Shown here: one piece after another, positions 30,712 to 44,041 of the stretch | Numbering within the stretch: the stretch's first letter is position 1 | Layout of the letters: every line of letters starts with the position of its first letter | DNA from: Ramazzottius varieornatus | Taxonomy: Eukaryota; Animalia; Tardigrada | Reading direction: 5' to 3' | DNA: 64,000 nt | Assembly: GCA_001949185.1 (NCBI GenBank) | Contig: BDGG01000004.1 | Coordinates: 273,620 to 337,619, forward strand | Notes under the pieces: generated by a model | What the model was told of the DNA's origin: nothing | Database searches by the model: none | Seen by the model: only the letters and a program-made list of their open reading frames with translations | Translations under genes and position numbers: made by a program

Positions 30712-33239
30712 ATGCCGCGCATGAAGCACAAGATGAATCATTTGGGAGACTCATCGGATATTTCTTCCGCGGCGTCCAATGGGAAGTTGGGTAATCATAC
30801 CAATCAGCTACCGGCGATAGCGGAAGAGAAAGCTGAACGGCGCCAGAGCAAACCGCGACTATCGGTTGTCCATGGAAGATTAATATCCGGTAAGTTCTTG
30901 ACACGTCGCATCAAAATGCTTTGCCACACCTATCCAATTACCGCTGTTTTGCATGTGCGCACAGGCGACAGGATGAATGGGTACTGCTTATCAGCAGTAG
31001 GTAATTCCCCAAATCGATAAGAAGAGTCTATGCAAGCATACTTGATGACCGTGAATAGTTTTTTATCCATGTGACATGTTTGTTTTCCATTCAGAAAGTT
31101 TCGAGAACAAATTCCCGTTCGACGTCCGTCGTTCATTGATTATTTCGATCTGCTCGCTTGTTTGCTTTCAGCATAAGCTCCCGTGTATTTATATCGTAAT
31201 GACACCGATGAAGTGCATACCTCAAAGATTGAAAGCGGCTCATCTTTCTGTCTTTTCTGTCAAGTGATCCCATCTTTTAATGTCAAACGAGGAACAGCCG
31301 AGTGCCAGACGACGACGGCGACGGCTGACGCAAAAATAGTCACAGGTGTCGTGTCAGTCGAATCCAAAATTTCCCACACGAAATTCAACCGAAGCCTTCA
31401 ATCTAAGCGCATAAGTCTGTAGGTCCTTTTCGTCTTTCACGGTAGCTGTGTACATGATCTTCCTTACTGTTTTCAGATGGGCTTCAGACAGATGAAACTT
31501 CCGGCCCAGGGGAGTGCGGCTACGGATGGGTAATTGTGGGAGCAGCCTTTCTTTGTTCCTTTATCGTGGATGGCATTGCCAACGCCTTTGGCATGTATCT
31601 GATAGAGTTCAAAGATTTATACCCAGATCAGTCCGAGTCGGTCTTGTCGTGGATCGGCAGTCTCCTCGTCGGATGCTACTTGTGCATGGGTGGGTCCTTC
31701 CCTGTCAAAAGTAATTTGAACTTCAAGGCTAGACTTGCAATAAACAGTCTTTCTATGCACAGGTCCCATTGCCTGCGGCCTGGCAGACAGCTTCGGGTAT
31801 CGAATTATCATTACTTCGGGGTCGCTAGTGGCAGCTGCCGGCTTCCTGATTAGCGCCTTCGTATCGAATGTACACATTCTTTTCTTGACATTCGGCGTCA
31901 TTGGTGGTACGTACGTTTGGGGTCGTTTTTTCAAAAACCAATTGACAAGTCTGAGAACAAGCGTTTCATCTAAATCGCCATGAACACACCAAAAAATCAA
32001 ACGGCTTGACCGTGTTCAGTATCCGCTAACAGATGACAGGAGTTGAATGCGCTCCTGGTCCATACTTCGTCATTGTTCTACGGTTTTCTTGTTCACACTA
32101 GTTTCTGTCGTTTCAGGGATTGGATTCGGTTTGATCTATTCTCCGTCGATAATGTGCGTCTGTTCCTATTTCAAGGAGAAAAGCGCGCTGGCCGTTGGGT
32201 TAGCTGTCTGCGGCTCCAGTGTCGGCGGAATGGTCTTCCCGCTCTTCGTTCAAATCCTGCTGGAAGAGTACGGCTGGCAAGGTTCCATGCTCTTCCTCTC
32301 CGGCATCGCCCTTCAGTGCTGCATAGCCGGCGCACTGATGTGCTGCCCGAAGAAGCCGCCTCCGGTGGTCATCACGCTCTCCACTCCGGGTCGTCTTACG
32401 CCTTGTCTTCCACCACTTCTGCATCAAGCCTTGATGGACATGGCCAACCTCGGCATCTACATGAACCCAACCTTCCTGGCCTACAGTCTTGCCAGCTTTG
32501 TGGGTTCGGTGGCTTTCCTGACACCGTCGTTCTTCCTCCCAGACTACGCATTCAAGTCCTATGAAGGTCTGGACAAGGAGACCGCGGCGGTGGTCATGAC
32601 GGCAGTGTGCGGAGCGGGCATCTTTGGAAGGATCTTCTTCGGTTACTTAGCGGACCATCCCAACTTTGACGCGTTGGGTATTCATAACGTTTGCATATTT
32701 ACCAGTGGCGTTATGCTAGCGCTGGTTCCATCTTGCCAGTCTTTCACTATGCTCCTGATCGACGGAGTTTTCTACGGATTTTTTATAGGTATGGCTGTGT
32801 ACGAGAACAAAAGGGCGTACCGTGACTATCAAAAGCATACTTTGGTTTTTTTGTTACAGCTCCCTACATTTCGCTTATGTCAACCATACTAACCAGCCGG
32901 TTGGGCCTGAAGCTCCTTCCTAGTGCCTTCGGACAGACGCAACTGATAGCGGGAGTGGCAAGCATGGTCGGACCACCACTTCATGGTAGGTGGTTGCTTC
33001 TTGTATTGTCTCAACGGAAGGTGTTCGAGCCAACCTGTGGACTGCTTGTTTCAGGCATGTTGGGGCAGCACTTCAACCACGAAGTCCCGTTCTATTTTGC
33101 CGGTGGAGCCTGGATTATGGCCTCCATGTTGGCAACCACGATTTTCTTCTTCCCCGAACGACTAGCCACCCGTCCACCATCAGCAGTTCCGTCTTCCAGC
33201 GACATCAATGGCAGAACTTCTGCCATGCTTTTGGTGTAA
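30712..33239 (+). CDS. Monocarboxylate transporter (SLC16/MCT family, MFS), multi-exon
   Basis: GYGWVIVGAAF, SWIGSLL, YFKEKSALAVGLAVCGSSVG, GRIFFGYLAD and multiple TM helices. A putative first exon 30712-30889 splices in phase. Confidence 0.88.
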
Positions 33240-34908
33240 CACCGGCTGGGAGTCGCAACGAAATTTTGTTGAGTGATATTGTTTTCTTGATCTTCCTATT
33301 GATGTTTGCTCAACTGAGCATAAATTTATAATTTTTTGACGTTAAAGTAATTTTAACCTTCATGTGTAGCGGTTAGCACGCTGTATCAAAATATATATTT
33401 ACATATATTTATTTGTTATCAATACTTTGTACATGATGAATGTACGCGAGTGCCACTGTACGTAACGTGGTAACAATCGACAAGCAATGAAAAACAGATC
33501 TTGTTGTAATGTTGTAGTTTGCTTCGACTATATATACCTCCGGTTTCACCACTCTGATTATCCTTCTCTCTTGCCTCCTGTAATATGATTATCTACATTT
33601 ACCCGAGAACGGCGCTGTGGTCGTCGACACTGGAGATAATTCTCGCGACTATGGCCCTATTATGTATGTAATATGCGGATATCAGAACATGAATTCTGCT
33701 GAGCCATACTAAACGTGAGACATCATCTACACAAACAGAAAACACCATGTGTATGGAGTGATGGTGGATGGAAGATGAATCATCCGCCAGGCGCATTCAC
33801 TGTAAGTTTCATATGCTTCGCTGGGATACCAATGCATTTATCGACTAGTACCTACTGTGATAAAGAATCCACGCGCAGTGACGCTTACTTGCTAAAGATG
33901 GACAAGAGGGGATACCACCACTCATGGGTCAATCGCTTGCAATGACGGCAGACAGGATCCTACAGATTGTTCGAGTCACCAGGATACCGGTCACTGTGAG
34001 CGCCTTCGACTTATCGAAGACGGATGCTTTCGACGTCGGCGACCGAGCAGCGGGAAATACAGTACTTCAACCGTAGACTTCTGCAGTCTATATAATGATC
34101 CTTTCGTACCGCTACTCACGTTCATGCAATTGCAACGAACAGTCACGTGCTCTTAGCATTTCTTGGTCTGGGCCACAAAATCCACAGATCTCTGTGAAAG
34201 TCGTTTTCCCTGCAGAGGCGGCGAGGACTGGAGAGCCTAGCTATTACATGTAGTGCTGTGGAATAAAATCGTAGTGGCGAGTCACATGAATATCACTGGC
34301 TGTGTTCACATTTTTACTCCAAAGTTTCAAACCAATAGGACAGTGGACCTATAGAAACGTTGAGACGTGGCTCCATGAACCGTTCGCTTGATATTCCAAA
34401 GCATCTAGCCAGGAAGCCAGGAAGTTCCTGCCTCCTGGCTCAATTGACCACTCGAACGACGAATCATCAATCAAACGCCACAGACAGCGAGACGTAAACC
34501 GATCTCACGTACATGCATACATCGCGGAGATCAATCAAGCGACGGCCGAAGAGCCGACGTTAGACCTAATTTCAGACCAGTGCAAGTTCGCATTATAGGA
34601 TTTACGATGCACACAAACCTCCAGCATAGTCCGTGCAATGGCCCACGAACGAGCAGCGAAGCAGCCAGCTGTTCGGACGCACTCTGCCTCCAGACTCCGC
34701 AGTCCGGCAGCGGAAGATCATTCGTCTTCGTTCTCCATTCTCCAGTTTCTTCACTGGACCACTAGGACAGACAGTGTTCTTATCTGCTTTCGATCTTGCC
34801 GTCGCAAACTTCTTGTGGACGAATATCTGGGACTTGCTTCGTCGACTGAGGTGTCTGCAAGTGCGATCCCACTCGCATGTCCCTGGTCACTTGATCGCGT
34901 TGGACGAG

Positions 34909-36690
34909 ATGGACATGGACATCCTGGAGGCAGAGGAATCGTTTGATGTAAACCTCCCCAGCAAGCACACATACCTGGGTGACTTGCGCGAAATCCATGC
35001 CACTCCGTACTTTGCGCAGGTACTTTGCGGGCACTAATTCATACTTTGATCATCCTTCTCGAATCTCGATGCTTGCCATGTTTGATGTTTCCTAGGGTTC
35101 ACTGGTTTCCCTGCCCTACGTCTTCGTTCCCGACGTTGTCCTTATGCCTAACCAGCACATCCCCATCAATGTGGAGCCGACCGATCTGGACTTGTCACAT
35201 CTTCTCAAGGACGTCGTGGATGTCGAGCAGTCCCAATCTCGGCCAGGCTTCGTCTGCATGGCTGCCGATATTGGATACGAAGTACAGCAAATAAGCCAGA
35301 CACATCCCTATTTTCTCTTTGGGACAGTCGCAGCCATCGTCAGGGTCGAAAGAAGGCCGAACGGAGGCGAAGCAGACGAAGACGACGCAGGACATGGTTC
35401 GTTCTTTCGATCAATACCAAAATTGAGCAGTGTTGGACTTGCCCGTTCATGACGTCAACGAGAAGCGGCCCGTAGGTACGGCGCTGCTACGACGTCAGGC
35501 GCGTTCTGTTTGAATTACGGATATATTCAATCAACAATCAAGCAAAGACATGAATGCCGTTTGTACGTCTTAGTGCGTTGATTGTTGATTGGGACTTCTG
35601 CAGCATCAAATTTTGTCGTTGTTCCTGGTTCGTCTACTCTGTCTCGAAGAATAACGTTTGGTGTTCTTGCAGGCATAAAGATGATCGTGAAAGGCTGCCA
35701 ACGTTGCCTCATGACGGAAGCGGTCAGTCAAGACGGCGATGCTCAGCAGTTTCGGTATGGCCGTTTCCGGATCCTCCCGGACGAGATCATGGAGTCCCCC
35801 CTCAAGGTCCTCACGCCACCGGAATGGCGAAACGCTCTTCTCCCTAACTTCTGCCCAGCTTACCTATCCCGATTTTCTCCTGCACTATACGGGCCGTTTG
35901 ATGTTAGGGATCTCGTGGCGGAAATCAAGAAGGAAATCATCACATTGCAGCTGGTTCCCGCTGAGCGCTGTCAGGACGACACTGACTTTTCCTACTGGCT
36001 GGCAGCTAGCCTTCCTCTACCCGCACACTTTCGTCTGCAGCTCCTTGGAGCCTGTAGTACAGTCCACAGATTACGGTCTTGCTTGCTGATGCTTCGAAAC
36101 TTCAACCGCCTCGACTGTGCAAGTAAGAAACAATTTTTCGATTAAATTTTTCGTTTTGCTTTTTTGCTTAAGTGAAGCGGGGATGGCTTGTTGTAATCCG
36201 CTTCGCTTGTGCATCACATAGTGTCAATAAGTTAGCGAAGGGGCGAACCGGAAGTTGCTTGTTTGTAACTCCTTGTTTTTCTTCAGTTTGTAAAGTCGGC
36301 CTGGCATTGAAAGAAGACGGCATCGCGATGACACGAGCGGGTCTAACTTCGGCCTATATCAATCCTGGTGGATTAACCCAAGAGATCTTCACGGTAAAGA
36401 AAGTATCGAACGTCAGGGTTTTCGGTCAAGCCACCACGCAGTACACGTGGTTCCCGGGATATGCTTGGCGACATTTGCAGTGTCGTGGCTGCCACAACCA
36501 CCTCGGATGGCGGTACGATGCTTTAGACGGTCATCTAACGCCAAAACTCTTCTACGGACTGCGACGTGGGGATGTCGTGCCAAATATTCAGCCACAGGAA
36601 GGTCTTAGTCCCGCACAACTGAAAGAGTTCTACGAAGAACACGAACACGCTATGATGCCGGTGTATTATCGCGAACCGAAGTCCAACTAA
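34909..36690 (+). CDS. CRBN: Cereblon (LON-N domain + CULT/thalidomide-binding domain); start uncertain, may extend to about 34638
   Basis: FDVNLPSKHTYLG, VLMPNQHIP, DFSYWLAASLP...RLQLL...RLR, Zn ligands CAIC and CRGC, YINPGG, WFPGYAW and HLGWRY...FYGL. Confidence 0.9.
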
Positions 36691-37067
36691 CACACCATTG
36701 CTTTCGTTTCCATATTTAAAGGCTTTCTTACAGTGAAATCTGCCACGTCGTATTATGGAATAATTGGAGACCTCAATGCAACTACCACAATTTGCACATA
36801 GTCTTGCTGTACAGTCGTTTTGTTGGTTGGGATAATTTTGCTGCTACAGTGTCGTTCGATTTGAGTTTATTGTTCAGTTCTTGAGATGTGAATCTGCAGC
36901 ATAAGTCAGTGACAGCGTCAAATTTGACCGTTATTTCGCAACGAAAAGAACCTTGTTTGGACGTTCGCGAAACTGGTTTGCACAGCAGAAAAATACAAAA
37001 GAAAACTAACAAAGCATCACTGTAAGATATATTACATGAAATTTTCCTGCGTGAATACGAAGGAAAT

Positions 37068-37391
37068 TCAAACCGAGCCAAGAGTCAAACCTATGAAACC
37101 AAGGACGTAGCATAGGATGGCAGAAGTGGACAGGAACACAGCTTCGGTCTTTGGTGGGACATCTCGCAATGCCCGGAAAGCGTACGCGGCCAGTAAAGCG
37201 GTCAAAATGGGGGTTAATATACAAAGAACAGTTGACACTACATGCGAACCATCCGTCTTGTTCAGCTTGCCGATATTTCGTGTAGTCTGAAAGATGCAGA
37301 TTCCCGAAACAACAAGGCACCAGAAAAACAAGACGCTAAAGGTGCAGCGGCAAATCAGCAAGGAAAACGCCTTCGCTTCCTTCGCATTCAT
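37068..37391 (-). CDS. Small hypothetical multi-pass membrane protein
   Basis: 107-aa ATG ORF with three hydrophobic segments. No family recognised. Confidence 0.35.
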   Translation of the reverse strand: MNAKEAKAFSLLICRCTFSVLFFWCLVVSGICIFQTTRNIGKLNKTDGSHVVSTVLCILTPILTALLAAYAFRALRDVPPKTEAVFLSTSAILCYVLGFIGLTLGSV

Positions 37392-37677
37392 GATGGACTA
37401 TCTCCCAAAGATCTTGCGAAGAAGAACAGTGTCATGCTCTACGGCAACACCCAGTCGAAGGATCAGGAAAAACTTCGATCTTGTTTGCGTAAGCGATCAA
37501 CAAAAATACTTTAGGTAGGGCCAGACGGGTCTTATGCGCGTTCGTTCCGGTTGGTTAATCCGGCTGAGAATTTTCAAACGTTCACATCACTCTTTAACAT
37601 CATTATCGTTTTTCACGTTGGGAAAACGCCAAGGGTGCGAAGCAAGAAAGCTGAGAGCATGATTGAATCGAACAGCG

Positions 37678-39020
37678 TTAAGGATGGGCATCTCGAGTAC
37701 CGATACTTAGGAAGTGGTATTCACAACGATCCCTCAAAATAGCACTGGCCTCTTTGACCAAAGCAGCCACATTCAACGCCCCTATCGATTCCACGGAAAA
37801 TATAAAGTGCTCTTTCGTTAATCCCATTTCCACGACATTCTTCAGGTACGGATCTCGAAACACGTTCTGGCTGCGGGAATCCAGTCGCGCATTCGCTATC
37901 CGTGCCTGCCTCGAACCTGAAACATGGAAATACCTCTTAGAATTCTGAAACAGAGGTTACTAATGAAGAAAATCTTGTAGTTTTTCTTCCTCCCTATTAA
38001 AATATTATCATTTATTTGGGTCAGTTTTCCGGTTACCGTTTTTGTCTTCGTCGATTTCGACGACACCAGGTGAGAACATCCCCTTCAAGCGATCCGCGTC
38101 TTCGTTGTCCACAGGTCTCTTTAGTTTGATCCACGGCAGTTGTCTGTAAGAAGCTAGCGAGACAGGCGAGAACTTGATGTGGTCTTTGCCGATGCCTTTC
38201 ACGACGTGGATCCGCAGGTGCATTTCTTGGCTCGGTCTCAGAATGTTCACCAAGATTTTATCGCTAACGGGTCGTATCGACGAGTCGTTCATGGCAGGTG
38301 GATGGGCGTCAGGGTGGCGAATCCATTTGAATTGTGAAGAGTAGACTGTGGTGCTGATATATTTCTTGTCGGTTTTCAGGTTCTGTTTGGGTGCTTCAGC
38401 GATCAGGTCGAAGAGCACGGCGTAATCTGGATGATCGTTCTTGCTTCCTGGTGGGCGAAACTTGTACTTTCGAGCATCTGCTTTGAACGGAATCAGACCG
38501 AGTCGGTGTCCAAGAACTTCGTCGGCCATTACGGACTTGTTTTGTTGAAGAAGAATCGTTTCCGGTGCCATCGAGGGAACCTGTTGAACGGAACTGTCAA
38601 AGCCACCCTAGTTACGTCAGGAAACCACGTATGCAAAGTGTTGTTCCATGACGTAGAAAGCAGCCGACCGAGAACGATTGATTGGTAATGGGCTGAAGAT
38701 TGATTGACTGTCATCTTACCTCGACAAGCAAAGCACGGCGGATGGCGTTCGCGACGGAAGCCATCACTCCAATGAGATCAAACTCCATTGTCATTCCTTC
38801 GTCGGTGATGTCATGGACTTCAACGGAGATAGTTTTGACGAAGTTCTCCAGATCTTCCAAGGTGTTTTCCGGTTGTAGATCTACCACCATTTCTTCTGTA
38901 GAACGCAAGAAATGTCCGCGTCACGAACCTGCCTAGATACATGTCAAAAAATTCCCCATCGATCTTACCGTGAAACGGGTCAAGCGCGCTCTTTGTTTCC
39001 TTCCTTTTTGTATTCGTCAT
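37678..39020 (-). CDS. POLR1C: RNA polymerase I/III shared subunit RPAC1 (AC40), multi-exon
   Basis: EFDLIGVMASVANAIRRALLVE|VPSMA, NKSVMADEVLGHRLGLIP, KGIGKDHIKFSPVSLASYR and HFIFSVESIGAL. Confidence 0.88.
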
Positions 39021-39509
39021 TATGTAAAGGGTTCCGGATCCAATACGAGCTGGAAGAACAGACAGGAATCCGGAAGACGGAAAGGAGAAAAGTGGGAAAA
39101 TGAGAAGTTAATTCAAGTTAGAACTGCGCTGCTTGATCGGTTGCGGGTAGACATATCAACCCTGCGCACCTCCAACGAATCGTAGCTATTCGTGCATTGC
39201 ACAAATGGGTGCTTCAAGCGTTTAGGGCGGAGCTGACTTGGCGCATCCGTTTGTGGGCGCGTAGTGCGATAAAATCCGATTTCCCAAACTTCATTAATTG
39301 TTTGCCATGCTCGCTTCCTTACTCCCAAGTGTATCCCTTCCCGAACTTCTTACCTTCCTGTGCTCGTCTCCCAACTCGGTATTCTGGACTGGGGACGACC
39401 TCTTACAGGGACCAGCCGCCAAGAATCTGCGCAGATGTGACAGTTCGCCGATCCCGGCCTTATTTGCATCTGCAACGTGTCGCGATATCCATTCAGGCGC
39501 AGCGAAGGA

Positions 39510-41552
39510 ATGGCTCGTTGGAGAATGCCTCATCTTCCGTCTGTTCTTCTGATTCTTTTGCTTGGTGCTGTTTCGTTATCCAGCAGCAAGCTTGTACAGT
39601 CCGACCACGATGATATTCGCGGACCGAACGATATTCAGTCAGAATCGGACGAGAGAAAGGCGAATATTAAGGTATACACACGCGCGCACATTGATCGTGT
39701 TTCCGTATATTATCACCCCTCAATGCCTTCTGTTTCTTTGCGCGGGTCGGGTGATAGTTTATCATCCGTTTACAAGTCGGCGCCACTTTAGAAAACATGC
39801 CTGTGTGTAGTCTATGTTGCATTGTCTGTTCTTTTGTGTTATTTTTCCCAGATGATCAACGAGCCCCAGCCTCACATAAGCCTCAGCGAAAAGGCCGATT
39901 CCTTTTTGGATCGTTATTTCAAAAGGGAAAGCAGTAGCATCGATGCGGGCTTTACTCATGCCTTCATCGCTTCGTTTTCCGTCATCGTCGTGTCAGAGAT
40001 CGCCGACAAGACATTCTTCATCGCGGCTATTATGGCCATGAAGCATCCCCGAGTCGTCGTCTTCTCCGGCGCGATCACTGCTCTAGCAGTCATGACAGTT
40101 TTGTCCGGTAGGTGCGAAAATTGGGTTGAAATCACGTATTGCAATAAACCTTCGCATTGTTATCATCGGGAAACATTACTCAACGGCGCGAATGAAAATC
40201 ATTTTTCAATCGATAAACGACAACATAGCCCACAGGCTGATTCCTCTTCTTTCCGACCTAGTAGGTGTCGATCATACTGTATTCCCTCGAAAGTTCTTCG
40301 AATCACGTGACTGTCGTGGTAAATATCATCCGGCGGGGAACAGAAAGTATCTATACCTTCAAAGACTGCTCCACAGTCAAGTGTGATGATGAGCGACAAT
40401 CAAACAATCAGGCATACAGTGTACGACAAAACAAACCGTTGAAAATGGGTGTATGGAGCCAGATGGTTAAAGCCAATGAAGTTTGCGCATGCAGCAAAAC
40501 CTAATTCTCATTGGCTGAGCTCCAAGTAAGCGCAGCTGGTGTGTTACGCCCATTTTTAACGGTTAATTTTGCCGTACATTGTACCGGTGCGGGTGTAATT
40601 TACTGGCATGATGACGTAATTCGCAGAACTATCGAGGGAATAGAGTACCGGTTTTCATGTCGAGCAAACAAGCACTCAAGCACGTTCATTCCCTCATCAA
40701 CCGATGCATCTGTCGACTTCCGGTATATAACGATGTTCTTTTTCTTTGCAGCATTTCTCGGATTTGCCACCACTGTGATACCTCGAGTTTACACTTTCTA
40801 CGTGTCCACAGCCCTGTTTGCCATTTTCGGTATACGGATGCTGCGAGAAGGTAATCACTTGAACTGGATCAGATCGTTGCACCAAGTGGCGCACGCTCTC
40901 GGTGAGTGACACCGATGATGTGCGTCACTTGGGTGAGCGATATTCTTGCGTTGCATGTCGAGCCCCATGTTGGCATATTCTCGAACATCTTATTCCAATA
41001 GAAATCTTTTTCAGGTTATTATATGTCCAAAGAGGATGGTCAAGAAGAAATGGAAGAAGTCCAAGCCGACCTTAAGCGTCGCGACGAAGAGTTCGAGCGT
41101 AAGATGACGGACAGGACAGCGCCGGATCTCGAGAGCGGCATCGCGAGGTCCCTCGCCTCACGAAAAATACGCTTAGCCATGACATCCCATGTTTTTTGGG
41201 AAGCACTTACTCTCACGTTCCTTGCCGAATGGGGCGATCGGTCCCAGCTAGCTACCATCATTTTAGGTGCCAGAGAAAACGTCACCGGTGTCACATTCGG
41301 TGGCATACTCGGCCATTCGATATGTACAGCCATGGCTGTCGTTGGTGGACGATTTATTGCGTCCAAAATATCGCCTCGACAAGGTACGGAAACGTCCATT
41401 TAGAAATCCTCATCAAAATACTAATCTTCCTTCATTTTGTAGTCACGCTTGTTGGAGGTTTTGTCTTTCTGGCTTTCGCCGTTTCGGCATTGATAATGGG
41501 ACCGGGTGAAGACACCGTAGTCGCTGCGACTACGCTTTTGCCTCACATCTGA
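39510..41552 (+). CDS. TMEM165: GDT1/UPF0016 Golgi Ca2+/Mn2+ transporter, multi-exon
   Basis: Signal peptide, SEIADKTFFIAAIMAM, acidic central loop EEMEEVQADLKRRDEE, FLAEWGDRSQLATI and GHSICTAMAVVGGR. Confidence 0.93.
40277..40645. mobile_element. TA-flanked MITE (pogo/Tc2-like ends) in a TMEM165 intron
   Basis: About 32-bp imperfect TIRs: CTGTATTCCCTCGAAAGTTCTTCGAATCACGT and ACGTAATTCGCAGAACTATCGAGGGAATAGAG. TA at 40275-76 and 40646-47. Confidence 0.8.
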
Positions 41553-42362
41553 AGTCCCACAGAGTTTTTATTGATGAACCACGCGTTCTTTGTTTTTCAC
41601 ATTTTTATGCCGCACTGTTTTTCCGGCAAATGTTGCGATACTAAAGCAATCTCCAGAAACTGAAGAAAAATGTTGGTTGTTAGAAAAGAAGACCTACGTG
41701 ATAGTTAGTGTCCGAAAGAGTACTGGAACTTCCAAGCAACACGTGGCTTAGTTTACGAGAAGATTCGCGGAATGCGATAGGTTTCTTCAAATGACGATTA
41801 CTAATTTGTATACTGAAATTTGTCGTCCGTGTTCTTTTCGGTGGCGGTCTCCGGGTCGGTTAAACGAGTAGTGACGTCTAAGGTAAGCTCAGAATCTATG
41901 CAGAATGTGGACTCTGGTAGATAGGTAAAGGTCTGCTCGCTGGGATCGTGCAGATTTGGTCGGGACGACGGGAAGGTTGCCAGTGGGAAGGCGTTCAAAC
42001 GAAATCATCGGGAGACTCTGCGGGAGTGACGGCACAAAAATATCGAAGAGGAGTATTCGCCCCAAGTTTATATTTTTGTGCGGTTCGCAGAACGTAGACA
42101 GGGGTAGTTTCAGTCATCAAATGAGTAAATCGGGAGAAAACACGTCACACCTGTCTGCCTTATGGATGTCCAGTCTGCCATTTGTCGATAGAAACTACTA
42201 GCCATGAGCCACAGCAAGTCTGATGAGCCTTTCTGGGCGGGCAAATTTCATTTTCTGAATTTTTTTTCAACTGTCTTCGTTTACGCAGAAATCTTATTAT
42301 ATTTATATAATCTATCCAGTTCGGGGCACAATGTATTCAGACAATTGGTTTTCTTCAGTACT

Positions 42363-42499
42363 GTAATGCTTCCTGAACTTCGCGAAGCACGTCATCGTAC
42401 GCCCTTAGGGGGTTGATAGGGCGAAATTTTCGGACCGGGGTTCAACCGTTCAACTTGACGCGCATAATGACGTACTTCGCGAAGTTGATGAAGCATTAC
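42363..42499. repeat. Short inverted repeat (hairpin)
   Basis: GTAATGCTTCCTGAACTTCGCGAAGCACGTCAT pairs with ATGACGTACTTCGCGAAGTTGATGAAGCATTAC (33 bp, 4 mismatches). Confidence 0.75.
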
Positions 42500-43025
42500 A
42501 TTATTGTCCTGAAAGCTCTGATGGTGCCATCTGCTTTTGGACCATGAAGCTGTTGTTTGTTGTGAACAGCACCCTTGTAGATTGCGTCTAGTCGATTGCG
42601 GGTACAATACAGTAGTTCGTAAACTGGCGGCCTCATGGCCCAAACTGACATCAGTGCTTGTCTCCCGATCACATGTAACGGTTTCTTGCTTTGTTCTCGC
42701 CATTAAGACGACCTAAGACCGTCGAAAGCAATAAACAGTTAACGTAATGGAACTAGAAAGCTAAAATTGCTCGCGGAGCATACAAACCATACGAAACACT
42801 AGCAATAAACATCGATTTCCACGAAACTTGCATTACTTATTGTTGGGTGGAAACGGATACTGCTACTTGAGCCTTAAATCAGAGGGTGAAGAATCTACTA
42901 CCGTATAGTAAACACAGGGTGCGAAACGTCAAACCCATCACCCATCAGGACAAGGATAGACAGTTTACTGTATGTGGGCTTAAGTTTGATAAGACTTGTA
43001 CTGAATATACATAGCGATCATACAG

Positions 43026-44041
43026 CTACGATTTCAGCCATTCCATAAGGCCGAACAAGGTACAGCTTCGCTCCACTTCTGAGCCTAATTCTTCAGCGTT
43101 TCCACACACCGGTCGGACCGAGTCAGCAACTTCCCCTGGTGGGCTGGCTGTATCGGTTTCCCCGTTTGCATCCGTTGAACCGGCTGTAGCGCTGGATGAT
43201 TTCTCAAGCTCGAGAATAAGGAGGTCCAAATCGTCCATGGTCAGGAAACGTTGGTTCAACTTTACGGTTGGCAGCAACGGTTTTGCGATCGACACTGGCA
43301 AGCCCAAGTTTTGATCTGCGATGTTCTGTTCCCGGTTCGTTCCGCTAGCGCTGCCGCCCTCCAGCGCCGGCTCCACAAAGCAGTGATAAGTCGATTGCGA
43401 GACCAAGTCATTCCATCCAGAAGAATCGTTTGCTGAATTTTGATAGTAATACGGCTCACCCCCCGCAGAATTCAAGATAGTGTCGGTTAATGGGTGGTAC
43501 GTGACAGGCTCTTGGGGAGCAAGATGGTGCGGAAAATTTGTGGCGTCCGTAATTGGGTACACGGCCGGGTGCGTCCAGTTGGGTCCTTGCCTATCGTAAC
43601 CGCCGTAGTACCCCAGAGGAACTGGTGTTTGTACCGGGAAGTGGCCACTGGATACGGGCTGTTGTTGGCTGATGTAAGAGGTGTGGTTTTTATCACCGTG
43701 GTCATGAGGTAAATATGGTGCAGTACTGCGGTACCCGATATCGACATCTTGGTGATGCGTATGCGCCATGTTTTGGTTGCAATAGCCACCTGGGTAATTT
43801 TGTGGCATATTACGAGTGCTGTGGTTAACGTAAGGCTGATGGATACCGATAGTTTGGCCGTAGGGACCAACGCATGAATGCGCGACAGAGGTGGGGAAGA
43901 ACGGCACAGGACTGTTCGCAGAGAACTTGTTCAAATGTTGTTGCGTTTCCATTCTGACTTTCATCTGATGCACGGTTTCCAGAGCCGCAGCAAACTCTTC
44001 GGCCTGTTTAGCTTGCTTCTGCTCCTCAATTATCCGCGCCC
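43026..44041 (-). CDS. Large terminal exon of a hypothetical Q/P/Y/H-rich disordered protein; upstream exon(s) perhaps near 44440-44557
   Basis: About 338 open codons after a CCGTGTAG acceptor. Helical start, low-complexity middle, LDLLIL motif near the end. Confidence 0.45.
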
